43,938 nucleotides of DNA. It comes from an uncultured Pseudobdellovibrionaceae bacterium. Its GTDB lineage: Bacteria; Pseudomonadota; Alphaproteobacteria; Micavibrionales; Micavibrionaceae. The notes under the pieces were generated by a model that made no database searches, was not told where the DNA came from, and was given only the letters and a program-made list of their open reading frames with translations. Each line of letters opens with the position of its first letter. Position 1 is the stretch's first letter. Positions 28,417 through 35,296 of this stretch are shown here, piece after piece. Position numbers and translations under genes: made by a program. The DNA lies in contig CAZKGT010000001.1 in the NCBI GenBank assembly GCA_964552285.1, forward strand, positions 1 to 43,938. Reading direction: 5' to 3'.

Positions 28417-28649
28417 CCGTACCCGGACAAATCGTCAGCATTGAAGGTGAAGGGATGGAACGCCTTGCCCGCGTCCGGTTCTGCCAGATCGTGAAGGAAG
28501 CCAACGTGTCCTTCGTGCCAGAAGCGGGCATAGGCGATTACATCCTCGTCCATGCGGGCGTGGCGATTTCGCGCGTTAACGAAGATGAAGCGCAAAAGAC
28601 ATTCGCGTATCTGGATGAAATCGGCGAAGTGCAGGAGCAGCTTGGATGA
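28407..28649 (+). CDS. hypC: Hydrogenase assembly chaperone HypC
   Basis: 'MCLAVPGQIVSI' with the essential Cys2. The protein is 80 aa. Confidence 0.9.
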   Translation: MCLAVPGQIVSIEGEGMERLARVRFCQIVKEANVSFVPEAGIGDYILVHAGVAISRVNEDEAQKTFAYLDEIGEVQEQLG

Positions 28650-29227
28650 GCGCTGCCGGACAGAACGATATTATTCTGGATTTTCCGGAGGAGCGCCTTT
28701 TGCCCTCCCTGATTGAGGCGCTCAGGGAAGGGTTCTTCGAAGTCCCTCCCGGCGCGGTGACGGAAGAGGAAGTCTCCAAAATTGAGGCCGATCCGGAAGC
28801 CTATCTTGCAAGCCTGAATGACAATACACCCGGAGAAATAGAACTCCTCGACGGAACAAAGGTCCCAAAAGTGCCGCAGGAGTGTTTATGGCTCTCGCAA
28901 GGCGACGAGTTCATCGGCACGTTCAATATCCGGACGGAACTCTCCCCCAATCTTTTAGAAAACGGAGGCAATCTGGGCTATACGATCCGCCCGTCTTACC
29001 GGGACCGAGGCATGGCCACGCTGGGCACAAAGCTGAGCAAGGATTACGCCCGGGAAAAACACGGCATGAGCCGCTTGCTGGTGACCTGTCTGGTCGAAAA
29101 TGCTGCTTCGGAGCGCGTCATTATCAAGAATGGCGGCATCTACGAGGACACGGTTGAAAAACCCGTTGGCGGCTTCGGCCCGACAAAACGGTTCTGGATT
29201 GATTTAACCGCAGGCGAGGAAAAATGA
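28646..29227 (+). CDS. GNAT-family N-acetyltransferase (COG3981-like)
   Basis: '[23 protein letters not shown]...[21 protein letters not shown]' resembles the acetyl-CoA-binding core of GNATs. It has ATGA overlaps with both hypC and hypD. Confidence 0.75.
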   Translation: MSAAGQNDIILDFPEERLLPSLIEALREGFFEVPPGAVTEEEVSKIEADPEAYLASLNDNTPGEIELLDGTKVPKVPQECLWLSQGDEFIGTFNIRTELSPNLLENGGNLGYTIRPSYRDRGMATLGTKLSKDYAREKHGMSRLLVTCLVENAASERVIIKNGGIYEDTVEKPVGGFGPTKRFWIDLTAGEEK

Positions 29228-30321
29228 AATACGTAGACGAATTCCGCGATCCCGAAGCTGCCCGCAAATATGCGGAAGAGCTTCGCAAAATCACCACGCA
29301 GCCCTGGACGATCATGGAGGTCTGCGGCGGGCAGACGCATGCGATTGTCCGGTTCGGGATTCAGGATTTGCTGCCGCCGGAAATCAACCTCGTGCACGGG
29401 CCGGGCTGTCCGGTTTGTGTGACGCCGCTGGAACAGATCGACAAGGCGCTTGAGATTGCGGCGCGGCCTGATGTGATCTTTACCTCTTTTGGTGACATGC
29501 TGCGCGTGCCGGGAAGCAACAAGGACCTGCTTTCGGTGAAGGCGGAAGGCGGGGATGTCAGGATCGTCTATTCGCCGCTTGATGCCGTGAAGATTGCGCA
29601 GGACAATCCGGATAAGGAAGTTGTGTTCTTTGCCGTCGGGTTCGAAACCACTGCGCCCGCCAACGGCATGGCTGTGTACAGGGCCGCGCAGATGGGCCTC
29701 ACAAATTTCTCTGTTCTGGTTTCCCATGTGCTGGTACCGCCGGCGATTGAGGCAATCCTTTCCTCACCGGAAAACCGGGTGCAGGGCTTTCTGGCCGCCG
29801 GGCATGTGTGTACCGTGATGGGCTATACCGAATACCCGCCGCTCAGCGAAAAATATAACGTGCCAATTGTCGTCACCGGGTTCGAACCGCTCGATATCCT
29901 GCAAGGCGTTTATATGTGCGTGAAGCAACTTGAGGAAGGCCGCGCCGAAGTGGAAAACCAGTACACCCGCGCCGTGGCCAAGCGCGGCAACACCCCGGCG
30001 CAGGATCTCGTTTCGAAAATCTTCAAAATTTCCCCGCGCAAATGGCGCGGTATCGGGGAAATTCCGCAAAGCGGGCTGGCGCTCGCCGACGAATACGCGG
30101 CCTTTGATGCCGAAACCAAATTCGGCGTTGCGGACAACAGTGTCGAGGAACCGGAGGAATGCATCTCCGGACTCATCCTGCAGGGCCTCAAAAAGCCGCA
30201 CGAATGCCCGGCCTTTGGAACAAAATGCACGCCGGAAAAACCGCTCGGGGCCACGATGGTTTCCGGCGAAGGGGCCTGTTCGGCCTATTATCGCTATCAG
30301 CGTGTGGAAGCGGCGGAATAG
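29224..30321 (+). CDS. hypD: Hydrogenase maturation factor HypD
   Basis: 'MKYVDEFRD', '[11 protein letters not shown]', '[10 protein letters not shown]', 'GFETTAP' and the C-terminal Cys motif '[18 protein letters not shown]'. Confidence 0.92.
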   Translation: MKYVDEFRDPEAARKYAEELRKITTQPWTIMEVCGGQTHAIVRFGIQDLLPPEINLVHGPGCPVCVTPLEQIDKALEIAARPDVIFTSFGDMLRVPGSNKDLLSVKAEGGDVRIVYSPLDAVKIAQDNPDKEVVFFAVGFETTAPANGMAVYRAAQMGLTNFSVLVSHVLVPPAIEAILSSPENRVQGFLAAGHVCTVMGYTEYPPLSEKYNVPIVVTGFEPLDILQGVYMCVKQLEEGRAEVENQYTRAVAKRGNTPAQDLVSKIFKISPRKWRGIGEIPQSGLALADEYAAFDAETKFGVADNSVEEPEECISGLILQGLKKPHECPAFGTKCTPEKPLGATMVSGEGACSAYYRYQRVEAAE

Positions 30322-30336
30322 GCTTTTGACCTTAAA

Positions 30337-30368
30337 CTGTCATCCCTCACATGCGTTCGGGATGACAG
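30337..30368. repeat. Palindromic element, family B short copy (may double as an operon-end hairpin)
   Basis: 'ctgtcatccc' at 30337-30346 pairs with 'gggatgacag' at 30359-30368, with a 12-nt loop. It lies 16 nt after the hypD stop. Confidence 0.7.
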
Positions 30369-30423
30369 CTGAAAAGGTTTGCTGTAAATTGTCCGGCGCA
30401 CATAAAAAAACAGGAAAAAAACA

Positions 30424-31422
30424 ATGATACTTCTTACCGGCGCGGCCGGCTTTATTGGATTTCATACGACACAGGCTTTGCTGGCGCGCGGAGAGACCGT
30501 GATCGGCGTCGACAGCCTCAACGATTACTACGACCCGGCACTGAAACAGGCCCGCCTCAAGCAGCTTGAAGGACGCAACGGTTTTACCTTTTACAAGGCC
30601 GATATTGCCGATAAGGAGGCCATTGCCGAGATCATGGAAAAGCATCCGGGGATCGACCGGATCATTCATCTCGCCGCGCAGGCCGGGGTGCGGTACAGCC
30701 TTGAAAACCCGCACGCCTATGCGCAGAGCAATCTCGACGGGCATCTGGTGATGCTGGAGGCCGCGCGGAACAAGGGAAATGACCTGAAGCATTTTGTCTA
30801 TGCATCCTCCTCTTCCGTGTACGGAGCCAACACCAAACAGCCCTTTTCCATTGACGATCCGGTCTGCCAGCCGGTCTCGCTTTACGCTGCGACCAAGCGT
30901 GCGGGCGAGTTGATGGCCCAAAGCTATGCGCATCTCTACCGCTTTCCAGCAACGGGGCTGCGGTTTTTCACCGTTTACGGACCGTGGGGACGCCCGGATA
31001 TGGCATATTTTTCCTTCACCAAGGCGATCAGTGAAGGCAAGCCGATCACCGTTTTCAACAACGGTGACATGAAGCGCGATTTTACCTGGATCGACGATAT
31101 CGTGGCGGGCATTCTCGGCGCGCTCGACACGGTTCCGAAGGCAGACGATCCGTACACGATCGGCGGCGCGCCGCACCGGGTCTTTAACCTCGGCAACCAC
31201 AAATCCGAAGGGCTGCTGGAATTCATCGAAACCATCGAAAAATCGCTTGGCAAGGAAACCAAAAAGGTGATGGCACCGATGCAGCCCGGCGATGTCTACG
31301 AAACCTACGCCGATATCGACGCCACGCGCGAGGTGCTGGGCTTCGAACCTTCCACCCCGATCAGCGAAGGCATTCCGAAGTTTGTCGAATGGTACAAGGA
31401 ATTTTACAAGGACGCGGCATGA
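30424..31422 (+). CDS. NAD-dependent nucleotide-sugar epimerase (UDP-glucuronate 4-epimerase-like SDR)
   Basis: 'ILLTGAAGFIGFH...VIGVDSLNDYYDPALKQARL', the catalytic 'YAATK', and 'RFFTVYGPWGRPDMA'. Confidence 0.82.
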   Translation: MILLTGAAGFIGFHTTQALLARGETVIGVDSLNDYYDPALKQARLKQLEGRNGFTFYKADIADKEAIAEIMEKHPGIDRIIHLAAQAGVRYSLENPHAYAQSNLDGHLVMLEAARNKGNDLKHFVYASSSSVYGANTKQPFSIDDPVCQPVSLYAATKRAGELMAQSYAHLYRFPATGLRFFTVYGPWGRPDMAYFSFTKAISEGKPITVFNNGDMKRDFTWIDDIVAGILGALDTVPKADDPYTIGGAPHRVFNLGNHKSEGLLEFIETIEKSLGKETKKVMAPMQPGDVYETYADIDATREVLGFEPSTPISEGIPKFVEWYKEFYKDAA

Positions 31423-32363
31423 AAATAGCCATCACAGGCGGAAGCGGGTTTATCGGCGGGCGGCTGGCGGCGCTGCTCGGCGCGCAGGGACACCAGGTCG
31501 TTATTCTGGATACGCAGGCGCCGGAACCGGTTGATGTTACGGACCGGGGGGCCGTGATCGCTGCGCTGAAGGGCGTGGACGTGATTTATCATCTGGCCGC
31601 CGCGCACCGGGACGATGTAAAGCCGGTGGAGAAATATTACGAGGTTAATGTCGGCGGGGCGGAAAATATCGTAGCTGCCGCCGAAAAGCACAACATAAAA
31701 ACCATCATCTTCACCAGCACGGTTGCCGTGTACGGTCTTGATGCCGGGGAATCGCGGGAGGACAGCCCCGCCGCCCCGTTCAACGATTACGGGCGCAGCA
31801 AGCGCCAGTCCGAGGACGTCTTTCAGGCCTGGGCCGAGTCAAACCCGCTCAACACGCTGACCATGATCCGGCTGGTGGCCACGTTCGGGCCGGGCAACCG
31901 GGGCAATATCTATAACCTGATGAACCAGATCTACCGCGGGCGCTTTGTGATGATCGGCCGCGGGGAAAACCGCAAGTCCATCGCCTATGTCGAAAACGTT
32001 TCGGCCTTTCTGGCGCACTGCCTTGGCTTCAGGCCGGGCGTGCATCTCTACAACTACGCCGACAAGCCGGACCTTACCATGCATGAGCTTGTGCACGACG
32101 TCCGTCATGCGATGGGAAGGAAGGGACCGGGGCCGAAACTGCCTTATCCTTTGGGAATAGCCGGCGGTAAAGTGTTCGATGCGCTGGCAAACGTCACAGG
32201 CAAGACCTTCCCCGTCAGCGAAATCCGCGTGCGTAAATTCTGCGCCAATACGGTAGTCAATGCCGACAAACTTAAGGAAACCGGTTTCGTTGCGCCCTAC
32301 ACCCTGCAACAGGGTTTTGCTGAGATGGTCAGCGCAGAGTTCGAGACACGGGAAGCCGCCTGA
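31419..32363 (+). CDS. NAD-dependent epimerase/dehydratase family protein (extended SDR)
   Basis: 'MKIAITGGSGFIGG' Rossmann motif and 'YGRSK' catalytic motif. It has an ATGA overlap with the upstream epimerase. Confidence 0.8.
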   Translation: MKIAITGGSGFIGGRLAALLGAQGHQVVILDTQAPEPVDVTDRGAVIAALKGVDVIYHLAAAHRDDVKPVEKYYEVNVGGAENIVAAAEKHNIKTIIFTSTVAVYGLDAGESREDSPAAPFNDYGRSKRQSEDVFQAWAESNPLNTLTMIRLVATFGPGNRGNIYNLMNQIYRGRFVMIGRGENRKSIAYVENVSAFLAHCLGFRPGVHLYNYADKPDLTMHELVHDVRHAMGRKGPGPKLPYPLGIAGGKVFDALANVTGKTFPVSEIRVRKFCANTVVNADKLKETGFVAPYTLQQGFAEMVSAEFETREAA

Positions 32364-32370
32364 TTTTTTT

Positions 32371-32518
32371 AACACAGAGATCACGGAGTAAAATATCCCA
32401 CCGCTGTCATCCCGAGCGAAGCCGAGGGACCTTACCCGCTATCCGCATCTAAGATCCCTCGGCTTCGCCCGGGATGACAGGAATAGGCAATCTCTGTGAA
32501 ACTCTGTGTTCTCTGTGG
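32371..32518. repeat. Composite palindrome: a family B element (32404-32480) nested between the two arms of a family A element
   Basis: The A arms are 'aacacagagatcacggag' at 32371-32388 and 'tctctgtgaaactctgtgttctctgtgg' at 32491-32518. The B arms are 'ctgtcatcccgagcgaagccgagggacctta' and 'taagatccctcggcttcgcccgggatgacag', which are near-perfect complements. Confidence 0.85.
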
Positions 32519-32529
32519 TAAAAGAGCAT

Positions 32530-33648
32530 ATGGCCAAAAAACTTCTCTACATCATCAATCATATGGACTGGTTCTGGTCGCACAGGCTGCCGCTGGCGGC
32601 GGGGGCGCGGAAGGCGGGATGGCAGGTGAGCGTGGCCTGCGAAGGTGCGGGCGGTGATGAGAAATTAGCGGCGCACGGATTTGAAGGGGTGGAGCTTCCT
32701 CCCGCGCAAAATGCACTTTCCTTGCTGAAAGCTATCTTTGCCATTCGTCAAATCCTGCAGGAACACAAGCCCGATCTTGTCCATGCGATTACTCTGAAAT
32801 ACGCCTTCATGCTGGGTCTTGCCGCACGGATGAGCGGGAAGACGCGCCTTGTCTATACGATTGCCGGGCTCGGCTACCTGTTCTCCGGGGAGGGATGGAA
32901 GCCGCGCCTGCTGCGGCTGGCCGTGGGGCCGCTTTTGAAACTTGCCTTGCGCCATAAAAACGCGGTGCTGATCTTCCAGAACCCCGATGACCAGAAGCTG
33001 CTCATTGACCGCGGCTTCGCGCGGGAAGAACAAACGGTCCTGATCCGTGGCTCCGGAGTGGATATGGAAGACTTTCCGTTCGTCCCTGAACCGGAAGATG
33101 AGATGCCGCTTGTTGTCATGCCGACGCGGCTTGTCCATGACAAGGGCGTGGCCGTGTTTGTCGAGGCGGCAAGGCTGCTGAAAGATAAGGGCGTAAAGGC
33201 CCGCTTTGTCGTTGCGGGAGGCCTTAGCGCCCATAACCCACTTGCCATCACCGAGGCTGAGATGAAAACGATGGTGGCAGACGGCGCCGCCGAATGGGCA
33301 GGGAAAGTCGATAATATGCCTGCGCTCTATGCCGCCTCAACCCTCATTGTCTACCCTTCCTACTACAAGGAGGGCGTGCCCAAAGTCCTGCTGGAGGCGG
33401 CCGCCACAGGCCGGGCGATCGTCACAACCGATCATCCGGGCTGCCGCGAGGCCGTGAAAAATGGTGAGAACGGACTGCTGGTGCCGGTTAAGGATGCACA
33501 GGCCACGGCGGAAGCCGTGCGCAAACTGCTTGAAGATAAAACACTTCGGCAGCAAATGGGCAAGGCCAGCCGGACACTGGCGGAAGAAGAGTTTGAGGTA
33601 AAACTGGTGGTGAAAAAGACTCTGAACGTTTACCGGCTTCCGTCCTGA
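32530..33648 (+). CDS. Family 4 (GT-B) glycosyltransferase
   Basis: C-terminal 'PSYYKEGVPKVLLEAAATGRAIVTTDHPGCREAV...GENGLLV' is the E-x7-E type GT4 motif. The start at 32530 avoids the repeat read-through seen in the track start at 32506. Confidence 0.85.
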   Translation: MAKKLLYIINHMDWFWSHRLPLAAGARKAGWQVSVACEGAGGDEKLAAHGFEGVELPPAQNALSLLKAIFAIRQILQEHKPDLVHAITLKYAFMLGLAARMSGKTRLVYTIAGLGYLFSGEGWKPRLLRLAVGPLLKLALRHKNAVLIFQNPDDQKLLIDRGFAREEQTVLIRGSGVDMEDFPFVPEPEDEMPLVVMPTRLVHDKGVAVFVEAARLLKDKGVKARFVVAGGLSAHNPLAITEAEMKTMVADGAAEWAGKVDNMPALYAASTLIVYPSYYKEGVPKVLLEAAATGRAIVTTDHPGCREAVKNGENGLLVPVKDAQATAEAVRKLLEDKTLRQQMGKASRTLAEEEFEVKLVVKKTLNVYRLPS

Positions 33649-33756
33649 TATATTGTCTTCAAGGTATTTTCCCGAGACTTTCCTGTTGCAATGCCCCTAA
33701 TTTTCATGCAGGAATGTACGTCTTAAATAAGAAAACTATTTTAACAGGGAAAAGTT

Positions 33757-35247
33757 ATGCTTGTTGTGGGGGACAAGGCAGAGGATTCCTTTGTGCATGG
33801 CCGCACACAGGGATTTGCCGAAATAAGATCGCTCATCGCGTTCCGTAAAAAGTTTTTTACCGAATATGATCTTTCCGATTATTCGGAGACGTCTATCCAT
33901 CCGGAAATGTTCAACTATTCAGAAGACGCGCACAGGGCGCATTTTCTGGATTCCCTGCCCCACATTCTGGAACAACTGGAACAACTGGAGCGAACAGGCA
34001 AAAAAGACAGCTACAAGGAAGGCCGTCTTTCTGCCCTCCTGGACTTTCAGGCATGTCTTCATCCCGATCATTTCCCTTTGCACTCCTATTTACTGCCCGT
34101 TCCACAATCCATAGCCGAGTCCGGTAAAAAAGACGCCATGACGGACCGGATGAAAGCAATCCTGTTCGAGGTATGGCTGGATGTTTATTTCCGCGTGCGC
34201 GCCATGGCAGAACTGGGGTTCAGTCTACAAGGAGCGCACGATGGAGACTTGCCCGTGTACGTCGTGGGGTTTAGTGACTTGCGCCCTCCGAAGAAACCAA
34301 AATGGCCCAAAGATCATGACGTTGGCGTTCTGCAGCGTATACAGGAAACGCCGCATCCGGCAGACATGCTAAGCGCCATGGGATTAAATTCTGACGCCAT
34401 TACCTCTTACCTGTCAGAAAATGTTGAGGATGCGCATCCCGAATTTGCCGATATGTTCAAAAGCGTACATGAGGATCCCAGGGCCAGAGCCCTGATGGAA
34501 ATTCATACGCTGCTCAGCAATTACAAGGTGATGCTCGCCAAAGATGATTTCAAGGACAGTCTTCCCGTAGATTCAAAAGGCAAGAACGAATACCAACAAT
34601 TTTGCCGGGAAATATCCAAAGAGATAGCGGATATATATAAAGCCATTGCTCTCGCGCTTCTTGACGGAAAAACGCCGGAAGAATTGCTGAGCACTTCTCA
34701 TGGCTGGTTCGATCTCGGCATAAACAGCTTTCGCGGTGCGGAGCCTGACGAGCGCTGGATGAGCGGCTTTAACGACATGAACACCATGGTCATGTCCGTC
34801 GATACGCGCAAACTGTTTGCGCATTCCGCCGAAACGTTCCGGAAACAGTTCGGCAGTGATTTTGCCAGCTACCTGCAGGAGAATATCATTGCAAAAAGGA
34901 TGGCGGTTCATATTAGCAGTCTTATCGCCAGACATGCCGAAACGGCGGCAAGCACCCTGAACGAGTCACCCGTCGTCAGCCGGAATGTCCGTAATACCGC
35001 AGAACATATTCCATCGCTGAAAAATGCCTTTGTTCGCAGCAAAAGCCGCGTCGGCGAGGACGCCTATGCGCAAGCGATGGAAGAGGCCGGAAATGATCGA
35101 AGATCGATATGGGGAGAACCGGTCAGGCTTCTTGCCGCCTATACACGCGCTGTCCTCTGGGGAACAGGACGAAAGGCAGCGTCTCAAAATAACGGCAATC
35201 AGGCAACGGACAAAAAAGAGCCGCCGGGAGATACGCCCCGACCTTAG
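33757..35247 (+). CDS. Hypothetical 496-aa soluble, apparently helical protein with no motif I can recognise
   Basis: A long ORF with an SD-like 'aggga' 7 nt upstream and no competing ORF. Hand counts on three 60-nt lines in or beside this ORF gave 40-45% GC, against 63% on the one ubiU line counted. I found no Walker, HExxH or transmembrane motifs. Confidence 0.7.
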   Translation: MLVVGDKAEDSFVHGRTQGFAEIRSLIAFRKKFFTEYDLSDYSETSIHPEMFNYSEDAHRAHFLDSLPHILEQLEQLERTGKKDSYKEGRLSALLDFQACLHPDHFPLHSYLLPVPQSIAESGKKDAMTDRMKAILFEVWLDVYFRVRAMAELGFSLQGAHDGDLPVYVVGFSDLRPPKKPKWPKDHDVGVLQRIQETPHPADMLSAMGLNSDAITSYLSENVEDAHPEFADMFKSVHEDPRARALMEIHTLLSNYKVMLAKDDFKDSLPVDSKGKNEYQQFCREISKEIADIYKAIALALLDGKTPEELLSTSHGWFDLGINSFRGAEPDERWMSGFNDMNTMVMSVDTRKLFAHSAETFRKQFGSDFASYLQENIIAKRMAVHISSLIARHAETAASTLNESPVVSRNVRNTAEHIPSLKNAFVRSKSRVGEDAYAQAMEEAGNDRRSIWGEPVRLLAAYTRAVLWGTGRKAASQNNGNQATDKKEPPGDTPRP

Positions 35248-35296
35248 CAATCAACACCACATAAAAACAGTCATGGGATAAAGGGAAGACAGCGAC

